A stretch of 64,000 nt of DNA from Gemmatimonadota bacterium (GCA_036679645.1 JAZDCY010000015.1:32001-96000), one strand, 5' to 3'; counted from the stretch's first letter, positions 39,292-50,310 are shown. Numbers and translations: made by a program. Notes: generated by a model not told the origin, from the sequence alone.

Positions 39292-41995
39292 CATTCCCGA
39301 CCGCCTCGTTGCCGCCCTCGCCGACCGCTACACCATCGAGCGCGAGCTCGGCGCGGGTGGTATGGCCACGGTCTATCTGGCGGAAGACCTCAAGCACAAA
39401 CGCAAGGTCGCCGTCAAAGTGCTGCGCCCCGAACTCGCCGCCGTGCTCGGCGCCGAGCGTTTCGTGCAGGAGATCAAGACGACCGCCAACCTACAGCACC
39501 CGCACATCCTGCCGCTGTTCGACTCGGGCGAGGAGGATGGGTTCCTCTACTACGTGATGCCGTTCATCGACGGCGAGACGTTGCGCGACAAGCTCGACCG
39601 CGAGACGCAGCTCGGGGTCGAGGAAGCCGTCAAGGTCACAACCGACATTGCCGACGCGCTCGATTACGCACACCGGGCGGGCGTGGTCCATCGTGACATC
39701 AAGCCCGAGAACATCCTGCTGCACGACGGCCGGCCCATGGTGGCTGACTTTGGCATCGCGCTGGCCCTGAGCGCGGCGGCGGGCGGGCGCATGACGGAGA
39801 CCGGACTCTCGCTCGGCACGCCGCACTACATGAGTCCCGAGCAGGCGACCGCCGAGAAGGAGATCACCGCCCGCTCCGACGTTTACTCGCTCGGCAGTGT
39901 GCTGTATGAGATGCTCACCGGCGAGCCGCCCCATATGGGCAACTCGGCCCAGGCGATCATCATGAAAATCGTGACCGAGGAAGCGCAGCCGGTCACGAGG
40001 CTCCGGAAGTCGGTGCCCCCCAATGTGGCCGAGGCCACCGCGACAGCGCTTGAGAAGCTGCCGGCGGATCGCTTCGAGAGCGCCGCCAAGTTCGCCGAGG
40101 CATTGCGCGACCCGAACTATGCGAGCGCGGCGTCGTCGTCGTCCTTTGCGACCTCACCGACGAGAGCGGGAAACCGGCTGACGATTGCGATGACGGTGGT
40201 GGCAGCGCTGCTGGCCGTCGTGGCTTGGCGGGCCATTGCGACACGACCGAAGGCCGTGCCGGGGCAGGTATTGCGAACCACCATCGGCCTGTCCGACAGC
40301 GTTCGGCTGCCGTCGCCGACGTTCGGCTCACGGGTTGCGATCTCGAACGATGGCTCTCGCATAGTGTTCGTTGGAGGCGGCGGGCAACGCCAGCTCTGGC
40401 TCCGGATGCGCGATCGCCTCGAGGCCGTTCCGCTTCCGGGAACCGGGGGAGCACACGCGCCATTCTTTTCGCCCGATGGGATGCGCGTAGGGTTCTTCAC
40501 GGTCGAGCCCCCGGCGCTCAAGGTGGTGTCGCTCGATGGTGGCCTTCCGGTGACCATCGCAGACTCCGGGCTCTACGCCAACAGCAGTCTCTTGTCCGCG
40601 GGCGCGACATGGGGGATGGACGGGTCGATCTATGCAGGCTACCTCAGTGGCGTCGTGCGCATTCCGCAGAGTGGAGGGTCGTGGACCCCGGTCTCGACCA
40701 GTGACAGCACCACGGACGAAAAGGGCCACACGCCGACCGATGTGTTGCCCAACGGACGCGGCCTCATCATCAGGGTCGCGCACACTCCGAACACGATGGA
40801 GTCCCTGTACGAGGTTGCCGCGCTCGACCTGCGCACGGGGACGCACCGCGTGCTGGCGCGTGGCGTATACGCACGCTACGTCCCTCCGGGCTATCTGGTG
40901 TTCGCTCGCGCAGATGGCGTGCTCATGGCTGCGCCGTTTGATCAGGACCGGCTCGAACTCATCGGGCCGGAGGTCACGCTTGGCAGTGGGACGGACGGCG
41001 GCGGGTTCCGGGAGTTCGCGCTCACTGGCGACGGGGCGCTGGTGTACGTGGACAGGGTAGGTGCGGAGGAGACATCGGAACTCATCTGGGTGCGGCGCGA
41101 TGGGTCAACGGAGGCGCTCGACCCATCCTGGCGCGCGAATTTCGAGAGTGCGTCGGTCTCCCCCGACGGGACACAGCTCGCCGCCGGATTGCTCACGAGG
41201 GAAGGTGCGGAGGTGTGGATCGCGCAGCTGCCACGCGGCCCGCGCTACAGGCTCACGGTCGACGGACCCATTAGCTACCGGCCGACCTGGCTGTCCGACG
41301 GTCAGACCGTGGTATTTCGGTCGCTGAGCGAAAGTACCGGCAGATTCGAACTCTTCGCGAAACGTGCGGACGGTATCGGCGAGCAGGAGCGCCTCGCCTT
41401 CGACGCCCGCTCGATATCAACGGGATTCGTGTCGCCCGACGGGCAGTGGAGGATCTACCGCACCGACGCCACCGAGGCGGGGCGCGGCGACATACTGGCG
41501 ATGCGCGCAGGTGACACCGTGGTGATGCCGCTCGTCGCCACGACGGCCGAGGAGCGTTTCCCCGCGCTCTCGCCCGATGGCCGCTGGCTCGCGTACCGAT
41601 CCGATGTGGGCGGGTCGCATGACGTGTGGGTGCGTCCGTTCCCGAATGTCGCTGACGGCCGGTGGCAGGTCTCCGCGGGTGGCGGCAGCGAGCCCGTGTG
41701 GTCACGCAGCGGCAGGGAACTGTTCTTCATCACGCCCGATAACGAACTCGTGGCCGCGAGCGTTACGACCGAGCCGACGTTCGCCGTGCGTGAGCGACGC
41801 GTGCTCTTCCGGCGCCCGGCCACGACGCTGCGGCACATCGCGATAGCCGCCTACGACGTCACCCCGGACGATCAGCAGTTCGTCATGATTCGCTCGGTGA
41901 GCGGGCGCGTCGTTGGGCCGATGATCGGCGTGGAGGAACGGATCGTGTTTGTCGAGAACTGGATCGAGGAGCTGCGGGAGAGAGTGGGACGGTAG
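39284..41995 (+). CDS. K9: Ser/Thr kinase - TM - TolB/PD40 beta-propeller receptor
   Basis: GTG start overlaps the vapC end; intact kinase motifs; TM LTIAMTVVAALLAVVAW. Confidence 0.92.
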   Translation: MGNIPDRLVAALADRYTIERELGAGGMATVYLAEDLKHKRKVAVKVLRPELAAVLGAERFVQEIKTTANLQHPHILPLFDSGEEDGFLYYVMPFIDGETLRDKLDRETQLGVEEAVKVTTDIADALDYAHRAGVVHRDIKPENILLHDGRPMVADFGIALALSAAAGGRMTETGLSLGTPHYMSPEQATAEKEITARSDVYSLGSVLYEMLTGEPPHMGNSAQAIIMKIVTEEAQPVTRLRKSVPPNVAEATATALEKLPADRFESAAKFAEALRDPNYASAASSSSFATSPTRAGNRLTIAMTVVAALLAVVAWRAIATRPKAVPGQVLRTTIGLSDSVRLPSPTFGSRVAISNDGSRIVFVGGGGQRQLWLRMRDRLEAVPLPGTGGAHAPFFSPDGMRVGFFTVEPPALKVVSLDGGLPVTIADSGLYANSSLLSAGATWGMDGSIYAGYLSGVVRIPQSGGSWTPVSTSDSTTDEKGHTPTDVLPNGRGLIIRVAHTPNTMESLYEVAALDLRTGTHRVLARGVYARYVPPGYLVFARADGVLMAAPFDQDRLELIGPEVTLGSGTDGGGFREFALTGDGALVYVDRVGAEETSELIWVRRDGSTEALDPSWRANFESASVSPDGTQLAAGLLTREGAEVWIAQLPRGPRYRLTVDGPISYRPTWLSDGQTVVFRSLSESTGRFELFAKRADGIGEQERLAFDARSISTGFVSPDGQWRIYRTDATEAGRGDILAMRAGDTVVMPLVATTAEERFPALSPDGRWLAYRSDVGGSHDVWVRPFPNVADGRWQVSAGGGSEPVWSRSGRELFFITPDNELVAASVTTEPTFAVRERRVLFRRPATTLRHIAIAAYDVTPDDQQFVMIRSVSGRVVGPMIGVEERIVFVENWIEELRERVGR

Positions 41996-42050
41996 AGAAC
42001 GGGACCGCGACGGTGCTTTTTCGTTACGGGCTACGAGCAGGAGGCAAGTA

Positions 42051-42133
42051 ATTGCAGATTACTGATTGCAGATTTCAGATTGTAGGTCTGTCGATAGATC
42101 TGCAATCTGCAATTCGCTGAAGGGTCTAGTGAC
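42051..42133 (+). repeat. Kinase leader class C (GATTGCA/TGCAATC heptamer palindrome + ttcgctgaa)
   Basis: Homologous to 47572-47676; its 3' part is also seen at ~29461-29482. Confidence 0.8.
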
Positions 42134-44839
42134 ATGAGCGAGATAACCAAGCGCCTTTCGTCAGCCATTGCTGATCGGTACAAGATCGAATCTCGCCTCG
42201 GCCAGGGCGGCATGGCGACCGTCTATCTTGCGCACGACCTGAAGCACGACCGCAAGGTCGCGCTCAAGGTTCTGCGACCGGAACTCGCCGCCGTGTTGGG
42301 CGCCGAGCGTTTTGTGCAGGAGATCAAGACGACCGCGAGTCTGCAGCATCCCAATATTCTGCCCCTCTTCGACAGCGGGACGGCAGGAGGGCGGGATGGC
42401 GGGACGGAGTTCCTCTACTACGTGATGCCGTACATCGAGGGCGAAACGCTTCGCGACAAGCTCGATCGCGAAACACAGTTCGGTGTTGAGGAGGCGGTGA
42501 AGTTCACCACGGATGTGGCGGACGCGCTGGACTACGCGCACCGGGCGGGCGTGATCCATCGTGACATCAAGCCCGAGAACATCCTGCTGCACGATGGCCG
42601 GCCGATGGTGGCGGACTTCGGGATAGCGCTGGCGGTGAGCGCTGCGGCGGGCGGACGCATGACGGAGACCGGACTCTCGCTCGGCACGCCGCACTACATG
42701 AGTCCCGAGCAGGCGACGGCAGAGAAGGATCTAACCAATCGGTCGGACATCTACTCGCTGGGCAGTGTGCTGTATGAGATGCTGACTGGCAGCCCGCCGC
42801 ACGTGGGCTCATCGGCGCAGCAGATCATCATGAAGATCGTGACCGAGGAAGCAGCCCCGGTCACGAACGTGCGTAAGGCGGTGCCGCCAAATGTAGCGGC
42901 GGCCGTGGCCAAGTCGCTGGAGAAGCTCCCCGCGGACCGGTTCGAGAATGCCAATGCGTTTGCTGAGGCGCTGGGTGATCCTGCCTTTGCCGCCACGCTT
43001 GCTACGGCCGGTGCCGGCCCGAGGCGGTCCTCCTTCCCGCCGTCCCGCCATCCCGCCATCCTGCCCGTATTCGCCGTCACCACCGTGCTCGCGCTCGCGC
43101 TCGCCGCCTGGGGCTGGTTCCGCCCGTCGGCGTCCGCGCCGGTGGTTCGTTATGCCCTGGCGCTGCCGCCGTCCCAAGCGCCGGATCCGGGCGCGGTCGC
43201 CATTCCATCACCGGACGGCTCGTACGTCGTGTACGTCGGGGGCGGAACGGATGTCACCGGCGGCAACCAGCTGTGGGTCAAGGCGCGGAATGCCTACGCG
43301 GCGACACCGCTGCCCGGAACGCTTGGCGTCGCTTTTTTTACGATCTCGCCCGATGGCGAGTGGATCGCCTACAACGGCGGCGGCTCGCTCTGGAAGGTCC
43401 CGGTTGCGGGAGGCCCGTCGATCACTCTCGTGGATGGCCGGGTTGCGCAGCGACCAACCATCGCATGGCTCGAGGACGGCACCATCATCTTTGCGGCCAG
43501 TGGGTTGAGCGAGCTCGCTCGCGTGTCGGACCGCGGGGGCACGCCCACGGTCGTCTGGTCGTCGGACAGCCTCACGGTAAACCAGGTTACCGCGCTTCCC
43601 GGCGGGCGCGGTGTGCTGTTCCAGGCCTGCCCCACTCCATGCGCCACGCAGGACGTCTGGGCGCTCGACCTCCGGTCGGAGACATCCCACATGGTGGTGC
43701 CCGCGTTGTACGCGCAATACGTGCCCACCGGACACCTCGTCTATGTCGCGGATGGGGCGATGTTCGCGGTGCCGTTCGACCTCGGCTCGTTGCGCACGCG
43801 CGGCGCCGCGGTACCGGTGCTCGACAGCATAGCGGTGATTGGGACCGACGTGCTCGTGAGGGTCGGTGCGAGCGGCACGTTGGTCATGCGGCGAGGAGCC
43901 GCGGTGGCGTCTCGGGAATTCCAGCTGGTGTGGGTCGACCGGGCGGGCGAGGTCACGGTGATCGACACCGCTGAGAAGTTTCATCTGACCAATTTCGCGG
44001 GAAATCAGGGATGGGCTCTCTCTCCCGATGGGACGAGGTTGGCAATCGGCCTCGGCACCGCGTCGGGAGACGACATCTGGCTCAAAGCACTGCCGGCGGG
44101 TCCGCTGTCTAGGGTGTCGTATGACGCGGGGGCCGACTTCCGTCCCCGCTGGATGCCGGACGGTGTGTCCATCATGTACGGCTCCAGTCGCAACGTGTCC
44201 GGGCTCTACCGGCGCCGGGCGGACGGCACCGGGACGGACTCGCTGTTGGTAGAGGGCGCATTCGACGAAGGGCTCCCATCGCCGGATGGCCGCTGGCTGC
44301 TCCTTCGATCCGGCGCCACCTCGGCAGCGGCTGGCGGCAGAGACATCTTCGTCATGCAAGTCGGCGTCGACTCCGTGCCAAGACCGCTGCTGGCCACGCC
44401 ATACGATGAGATGGCAATTGCGCTTTCGCCGGACGGACGATTACTAGCCTATCAGTCCGACGAAACCGGACAGGTCGAGGTGTTTATTCGCCCGTTCCCC
44501 GACGTGGATTCGGGAAAGCAGCAGATCTCGGATGGCGGCGGTACCGCGCCCCTCTGGAGCCGTGATGGAACGGAGCTGTTCTATATCAGTGCCGAGTACG
44601 ACATGATGGCCGTTGCCGTGAGCCCGACTGGCGGTATCGAGGTGGGCACGCCGCGAAGGCTTTTCCGTCTGTCGAGCGAGGGCTGGCTGGTGGGCTCGCA
44701 GTTCTACACTCCCTGGGACGTGGGCCCGGATGGGCGGTTCATCATGGCACGCAGTCTCGCTGGCCCGTCGCAGCTCGCGGCGCCGTTGATTGTGGTGGAG
44801 AATTGGTTCGAGGAGTTGAAAGGGAGGGTGGGGCGGTGA
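42134..44839 (+). CDS. K10: Ser/Thr kinase - TM - TolB/PD40 beta-propeller receptor
   Basis: Intact kinase motifs; TM ILPVFAVTTVLALALAAWGWF; SPDG repeats. Confidence 0.93.
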   Translation: MSEITKRLSSAIADRYKIESRLGQGGMATVYLAHDLKHDRKVALKVLRPELAAVLGAERFVQEIKTTASLQHPNILPLFDSGTAGGRDGGTEFLYYVMPYIEGETLRDKLDRETQFGVEEAVKFTTDVADALDYAHRAGVIHRDIKPENILLHDGRPMVADFGIALAVSAAAGGRMTETGLSLGTPHYMSPEQATAEKDLTNRSDIYSLGSVLYEMLTGSPPHVGSSAQQIIMKIVTEEAAPVTNVRKAVPPNVAAAVAKSLEKLPADRFENANAFAEALGDPAFAATLATAGAGPRRSSFPPSRHPAILPVFAVTTVLALALAAWGWFRPSASAPVVRYALALPPSQAPDPGAVAIPSPDGSYVVYVGGGTDVTGGNQLWVKARNAYAATPLPGTLGVAFFTISPDGEWIAYNGGGSLWKVPVAGGPSITLVDGRVAQRPTIAWLEDGTIIFAASGLSELARVSDRGGTPTVVWSSDSLTVNQVTALPGGRGVLFQACPTPCATQDVWALDLRSETSHMVVPALYAQYVPTGHLVYVADGAMFAVPFDLGSLRTRGAAVPVLDSIAVIGTDVLVRVGASGTLVMRRGAAVASREFQLVWVDRAGEVTVIDTAEKFHLTNFAGNQGWALSPDGTRLAIGLGTASGDDIWLKALPAGPLSRVSYDAGADFRPRWMPDGVSIMYGSSRNVSGLYRRRADGTGTDSLLVEGAFDEGLPSPDGRWLLLRSGATSAAAGGRDIFVMQVGVDSVPRPLLATPYDEMAIALSPDGRLLAYQSDETGQVEVFIRPFPDVDSGKQQISDGGGTAPLWSRDGTELFYISAEYDMMAVAVSPTGGIEVGTPRRLFRLSSEGWLVGSQFYTPWDVGPDGRFIMARSLAGPSQLAAPLIVVENWFEELKGRVGR

Positions 44840-44842
44840 AAC

Positions 44843-44920
44843 GATTTGCGATCTGCGTCAATCGCAAATCGCCGATCGCAAATTGGCAATCGCCAATCGT
44901 TCTTGCACTCGAGAGCTGAC
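44843..44920 (+). repeat. Kinase leader class B
   Basis: ...caatcgccaatcgttcttgcactcgagagctgac, with a 3' end identical to 51190-51288. Confidence 0.8.
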
Positions 44921-47569
44921 ATGAGCGGAATTACGGAGCGCCTGACTAACGCCATCGCCGACAGGTACAAGATCGAGTCTCACCTCGGCCAGGGCGGGAT
45001 GGCGACAGTCTATCTAGCCCACGACCTGAAGCACGATCGCAAGGTCGCGCTGAAAGTGCTGCGTCCAGAACTGGCCGCCGTGATCGGCGCCGAGCGTTTC
45101 CTCCAGGAGATCAAGGTCACGGCCAACCTGCAGCATCCCCACATCCTGCCGCTGCACGATTCGGGGGAAGCGGATTCCTTTCTCTATTACGTCATGCCGT
45201 ACGTGGAGGGGGACACGCTGCGGGACAAACTGGACCGCGAGAAGCAACTCGGCGTGGACGACGCGATTGCGATCACGCAGGGCATTGCCTCGGCGCTCGA
45301 TTACGCGCACCGGCAGAACGTGATCCACCGGGATATCAAGCCGGAAAACATCCTGCTGCACGACGGCCAGGCGCTGGTGGCCGATTTCGGGATCGCGCTT
45401 GCCGTGAGCCAGGCGGGCGGGACGCGCATCACGGAGACCGGTCTGTCGCTTGGCACGCCGCACTACATGAGTCCGGAACAGGCGATGGGCGATCGCGAGT
45501 TGGATGCGCGGAGCGACGTCTACTCGCTCGGTGCCGTGTTGTATGAGATGCTGACCGGCGAGCCGCCATACACGGGCTCCACCGCGCAGGCGATCGTGGC
45601 GCGTGTGATCACGGAGGACCCACGTCCGCTCAGCTTGCAACGGCGCACGGCGCCTCCGCACGTGGCCGATCCGGCGGACCGGTTTACCTCCGCGGCCAGT
45701 TTTGCCGAGGCGCTGGTCACGCCCGGTTACGTCACGCCGAGTCACACACGGACCGGCACCGCGGCCGCGGCGCCACCACGCCGCCGCGACTGGCAGAAGT
45801 TGGTGTTGGCCGCCGCGCTCGTCGTGATGACAGCTCTCGCCTCTTGGGCCATCTGGCGGCCGGGCCCGCCGGCTACGGTTGCCCGGCTCGATCTCGACCT
45901 CGGCGACATTGTGAAGCGCAGCGGTCTCGGCGACGTGGTGGTCTCCCCGGACGGTTCGATGCTCGCGGTGGCAGGTGTCGTGGGCAGTGAGTCCGGGATC
46001 TACGTGCGTCGCATTGGCGAGGCGGATTTCCAGCTACTCCCCGGAACAGAGAACGGTTCAACGCCGGCCTTCTCGCCCGACGGCCAGTGGATCGTGTTTC
46101 GGAACAATGCACAGAGGACGATCGTGAAGGTGGCGGTATCGGGAGGCGGGGTGCTCACCCTGCTCGACCGCGGCACGATCAATCCCTTCTTGCCGCACTG
46201 GGGTGCGGAGGCGACCATCGTACTAACTGGCCCCCAGGGCACACACGTGCTCTCGGCCGGCGGCGGTACCCCGCGACGCCTCGACAACGCCCTGTTCGGC
46301 CGGGGTCCCATTCATCTTTTGCCCGACGGTTCGGGCATTCTCGGCAACGCTCGAGGCGGTGGTGTTGCGCTCTATGACATGCAGGCCGACTCGATGATCC
46401 AGTTGCTCGAGGACGGACGCAATGCCACCTACGTAGCGTCAGGCCACCTGTTGTACGTCCCCGGCACCGGCGGCCTGTTCGCCGTGCCGTTCGACCTGGG
46501 CAGCCACCGTATCACGGGCCCGGCCGTGCGCGTGCTGGATCGTGTCGCCTCCGCCGGCAGTCAGCGCGGGTTCAGCGTGTCACGTGGCGGCACGATCGTG
46601 TATCTGGAGGGCCAGGCGAGTGGGGGCGGCGGGGGAAGGGCGACGCGTCTCCTGGTCATGGACCGCTCCGGAGGCGCGGATACGCTGCGGCTTCCGTCGG
46701 CTCGGCGCCTCTGGCCCCGGTATTCCCCAGACGGCCGCACCATCGTGTATGAACTGGTCAACGCCGAGCGCAACAACAACACCGACATCTACACGTTCGA
46801 CCTCGTCACCGGCACGAGCACGCAGATCACCTTCGACGGCGACAATGAGGACCCGATGTGGTCACCGGACGGCACGCGCATCCTGTTTGACGTCGAACAA
46901 CCCGATAGTGATTCCACCCTGGGGGAGGACCTGTTCATCAAGCCGGCGGACAACAGTAGTAGCCAACAACGGATACTGAGCCGCCCCCGGGATCAGTGGC
47001 CAGAGGCATGGCTGGCAGATGACCGCATCGTGTTCGGCACCAATGAGGCGGGAAACCGGGACCTCTTCACCTTCGCGCTCGCGGACACCAGTACGGTCCA
47101 GCCCTATCTCCAGGCGCCGTGGCAGGAGAGGGATTTGGCGCTGTCGCCGGACGGGGAGCTGGCGGCGTTCGTGTCGAGCGAGACCGAGATACCAGAGATC
47201 TGGCTGCGCGACTTTCCGACGCCGGAAGGGAAATGGCGCGTGTCGTTTGGCGGCGGCTTTCATCCGCGATGGTCACCGGACGGCGGCACGCTCTACTTCT
47301 GGCACTATGGCCCCGGCCTCGATTCGTTGATGGCCGCGCGGATCGATCGCACGCCGCAGGTCACGGTGCGACAACCGGAATTGGTCCTCGTACACGACGT
47401 CATCTTCCAGGGGTGGGATCTACACCCCGACGGCGAGCGGTTTCTAATCGTTGAGAACGAAGGCGCGGGCACTCCAACGCCGGCCACCGCCGCGGGTCAG
47501 CCCGTCGAGCGCTACCTGGTGGTGCTCAACTGGTTTAAGGAATTGCGCCAGCGGATGGCGGCACAGTGA
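44921..47569 (+). CDS. K11: Ser/Thr kinase - TM - beta-propeller receptor (short in-frame deletion in the kinase C-lobe)
   Basis: Catalytic motifs intact; PHVADPADRF lacks the AVHKALxKL helix seen in paralogues. Confidence 0.9.
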   Translation: MSGITERLTNAIADRYKIESHLGQGGMATVYLAHDLKHDRKVALKVLRPELAAVIGAERFLQEIKVTANLQHPHILPLHDSGEADSFLYYVMPYVEGDTLRDKLDREKQLGVDDAIAITQGIASALDYAHRQNVIHRDIKPENILLHDGQALVADFGIALAVSQAGGTRITETGLSLGTPHYMSPEQAMGDRELDARSDVYSLGAVLYEMLTGEPPYTGSTAQAIVARVITEDPRPLSLQRRTAPPHVADPADRFTSAASFAEALVTPGYVTPSHTRTGTAAAAPPRRRDWQKLVLAAALVVMTALASWAIWRPGPPATVARLDLDLGDIVKRSGLGDVVVSPDGSMLAVAGVVGSESGIYVRRIGEADFQLLPGTENGSTPAFSPDGQWIVFRNNAQRTIVKVAVSGGGVLTLLDRGTINPFLPHWGAEATIVLTGPQGTHVLSAGGGTPRRLDNALFGRGPIHLLPDGSGILGNARGGGVALYDMQADSMIQLLEDGRNATYVASGHLLYVPGTGGLFAVPFDLGSHRITGPAVRVLDRVASAGSQRGFSVSRGGTIVYLEGQASGGGGGRATRLLVMDRSGGADTLRLPSARRLWPRYSPDGRTIVYELVNAERNNNTDIYTFDLVTGTSTQITFDGDNEDPMWSPDGTRILFDVEQPDSDSTLGEDLFIKPADNSSSQQRILSRPRDQWPEAWLADDRIVFGTNEAGNRDLFTFALADTSTVQPYLQAPWQERDLALSPDGELAAFVSSETEIPEIWLRDFPTPEGKWRVSFGGGFHPRWSPDGGTLYFWHYGPGLDSLMAARIDRTPQVTVRQPELVLVHDVIFQGWDLHPDGERFLIVENEGAGTPTPATAAGQPVERYLVVLNWFKELRQRMAAQ

Positions 47570-47571
47570 GT

Positions 47572-47676
47572 GATTGCAGATTACTGATTGCAGATTTCAG
47601 ATGTCAGGTTTATCGATAGATCTGCAATCACTATTCTGCAATCTGCAATCTGCAATTCGCTGAATGGACTCATGAT
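47572..47676 (+). repeat. Kinase leader class C
   Basis: gattgcagattactgattgcagatttcagat...ctgcaatctgcaatctgcaattcgctgaatgg. Confidence 0.8.
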
Positions 47677-50310
47677 ATGAGCGACATAACAGAGCGTCTC
47701 TCGTCAGCGATAGCTGACCGTTACAAGATCGAGTCGCACCTCGGTCAGGGCGGGATGGCGACCGTCTATCTCGCTCACGACCTGAAACACGACCGCAAGG
47801 TGGCGCTCAAGGTCTTGCGCCCCGAGTTGGCTGCGGTCATCGGCGCCGAGCGTTTCTTGCAGGAGATCAAGGTCACGGCCAATCTGCAGCATCCCCACAT
47901 CCTGCCGCTGCACGACTCGGGCGAGGCCGATTCGTTCCTCTATTACGTCATGCCGTACATCGAGGGCGAATCGCTGCGCGACAAGATCGACAAGGAGAAA
48001 CAACTCGGCATTGACGACGCGGTCGATGTTGCGCGCTCCGTTGCGTCCGCGCTCGACTACGCGCACCGCCAGGGCGTGATCCATCGCGACATCAAGCCGG
48101 AGAACATCCTCATTCACGATGGGCAGGCGCTCGTTGCGGATTTTGGTATTGCGCTCGCCATCAGTGAGGCCAGCGGCAATCGCCTGACCGAAACGGGGCT
48201 CAGTATTGGCACGCCGCACTACATGAGCCCCGAGCAGGCAATGGGCGATCGCGAGCTGGACGCACGCTCCGACGTGTACAGTCTCGGTGCCATGATGTAC
48301 GAAATGCTGACCGGCGATCCGCCGTATCAGGGGAGCACGGCGCAGGCAATCGTTGCCAAGGTCATTACGGAGAAGGCGCCGCCGGTGACGGCGGCACGAG
48401 ACACGACCCCACCACATATCGCGGCGGCCGTGCACAAGGCGTTGAGCAAGCTGCCGGCGGATCGCTTCGCGAGCGCTGCCGCGTTCGCGGACGCACTCAC
48501 GCGGCCGGGCGCGATACCGCTCACGGTCGCCGCCGAGGCAGGACCGGAAGCGTTGCGGAAGCGTACAGTTCCCGCCGTCGGTGCGATTGCCGCGGCCGCG
48601 CTCATCGCTGCCATCGCCTTGCTCGTAGGACGAATGACGGCTCCCGAACCGGCGCCGCCATCGAACCCGGCGTTCCGCTCCGAGATCGTTCTGCCCGAAG
48701 CAATGGGCGTCGCCCAGACGGGGGGGCAACTCATAGCGATCTCTCCCGATGGGAGCCGGATCGTGTATGTGGGTACCGCTGAAGGTGGGGGGACGCAGCT
48801 GTTCCTTCGGCGAGTGGGGGATCTGGCAATCGTACCGCTTCCAGGCACGGAAGGCGTGTCGAACCCTTTCTTTTCACCCGACGGCGAGTGGATTGGATTT
48901 GAGCTGGACAACGAACTCAAGAAGATTGCGGTGGCCGGCGGACCGCCGCTGACGATTGCGCGGGTCAATCCTTCGCGCCCCCACTGGGGGCAGAACGACA
49001 CCATCATCGATGCGAGTGGCTCCGAGCCACTGTACACGGTGCCTGGCGCTGGCGGGATTCCTGTACCGGTTCCGGTGGCTGATACGACGCTCGACCTGCG
49101 GTCGCCGCACATGCTTCCCGGCGGCGGGGCCGCCCTGGTCACGATCTTTGCCGGTCTCGAGGGATCGCAGATCGGTCTCGTCGATCTCGAAACCGGCGCG
49201 ATCGACACGCTCGTATCCGAGGGTGTACGCCCGGTGTACCTGTCCACCGGACACGTGCTCTACGGTCACGCGAGCGGCGGTGTTTTCGTGGTGCCCTTCG
49301 ATGTGGAACGTCGGGTCGTCACCGGTTCGCCGACGCCCGTGTTGGACAACGTACGGGTCTTCGGTGGCGGGCCCGTCCAGTTCGAGGTCGCGCAGAACGG
49401 GACGGCGGTTTACCTGACGGGGCAGGGAGGTCAGGGCCGGGAGTTGGTGACGGTGGACATGGCGGGGCGCGAGGAGCCGCTGGCGCTCGAGCCGGAACGG
49501 TACGCCTCACCGCGCTTCTCGCCCGATGGCGGGCGTATCGCGCTGACCATGCAGGGTGATGCAACCGACGTATACGTCTTCGAGATGGCTCGCGGGACCC
49601 TGTCGCGACTCACCTTCCAGGGAAACAACCTCTACCCTGTGTGGTCGCCCGACGGTCGCTACGTCATGTTCGGCTCCCGCCTCGAGGGCACGTTGGACCA
49701 CGACATCTTTCGCAAGGTGGCAGACGGGAGCGGCCCACCTGAGCTGGTGCTCCAGGCCGAGTACGCAAATTTTGCGCAGTCGTGGGCCGATGACGGGACC
49801 ATCCTCTATCGCACGCGCAGCCCGGGGGGACTCGATCTTAGCGTGCTTCAATCGGGGGATTCCACGGGCACGCCATATCTCGCCGAGGAGTGGAATGAGT
49901 ACGCGGGAGCTGTTTCCCCTGATGGGCGCTGGGTGGCCTACGTCTCCAACGAGACCGACGCTAATGAAGTCTACGTCCGGGCGTTCCCGGAGCCTGCGGG
50001 ACGATGGCAGGTGTCGCAGGGAGGCGGGAGCGAGCCCATCTGGGCACCGGACGGCCGCACCATCTACTACTGGCGCGGACCAGCGGAACTGGTCGCGGCT
50101 AGGGTCCAAACCCAGCCATCATTTGCGGTGCTCGGTGAAGAAACTGTGCTACAAGGTCGCTACGAGAGATTCTTCCTTTATCCGCAGTACGACATCCATC
50201 CCGACGGCGACCGCTTCGTCATGATCAAGAACGTAGCGGGCGATGCTGTGGGAGGGATCACGGTTGTCGTGAATTGGTTTGAGGAGCTGCGGGAACGGTT
50301 GGGGAGGTGA
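47677..50310 (+). CDS. K12: Ser/Thr kinase - TM - TolB/PD40 beta-propeller receptor
   Basis: Intact kinase motifs; TM VGAIAAAALIAAIALLVG; SPDG repeats. Confidence 0.93.
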   Translation: MSDITERLSSAIADRYKIESHLGQGGMATVYLAHDLKHDRKVALKVLRPELAAVIGAERFLQEIKVTANLQHPHILPLHDSGEADSFLYYVMPYIEGESLRDKIDKEKQLGIDDAVDVARSVASALDYAHRQGVIHRDIKPENILIHDGQALVADFGIALAISEASGNRLTETGLSIGTPHYMSPEQAMGDRELDARSDVYSLGAMMYEMLTGDPPYQGSTAQAIVAKVITEKAPPVTAARDTTPPHIAAAVHKALSKLPADRFASAAAFADALTRPGAIPLTVAAEAGPEALRKRTVPAVGAIAAAALIAAIALLVGRMTAPEPAPPSNPAFRSEIVLPEAMGVAQTGGQLIAISPDGSRIVYVGTAEGGGTQLFLRRVGDLAIVPLPGTEGVSNPFFSPDGEWIGFELDNELKKIAVAGGPPLTIARVNPSRPHWGQNDTIIDASGSEPLYTVPGAGGIPVPVPVADTTLDLRSPHMLPGGGAALVTIFAGLEGSQIGLVDLETGAIDTLVSEGVRPVYLSTGHVLYGHASGGVFVVPFDVERRVVTGSPTPVLDNVRVFGGGPVQFEVAQNGTAVYLTGQGGQGRELVTVDMAGREEPLALEPERYASPRFSPDGGRIALTMQGDATDVYVFEMARGTLSRLTFQGNNLYPVWSPDGRYVMFGSRLEGTLDHDIFRKVADGSGPPELVLQAEYANFAQSWADDGTILYRTRSPGGLDLSVLQSGDSTGTPYLAEEWNEYAGAVSPDGRWVAYVSNETDANEVYVRAFPEPAGRWQVSQGGGSEPIWAPDGRTIYYWRGPAELVAARVQTQPSFAVLGEETVLQGRYERFFLYPQYDIHPDGDRFVMIKNVAGDAVGGITVVVNWFEELRERLGR

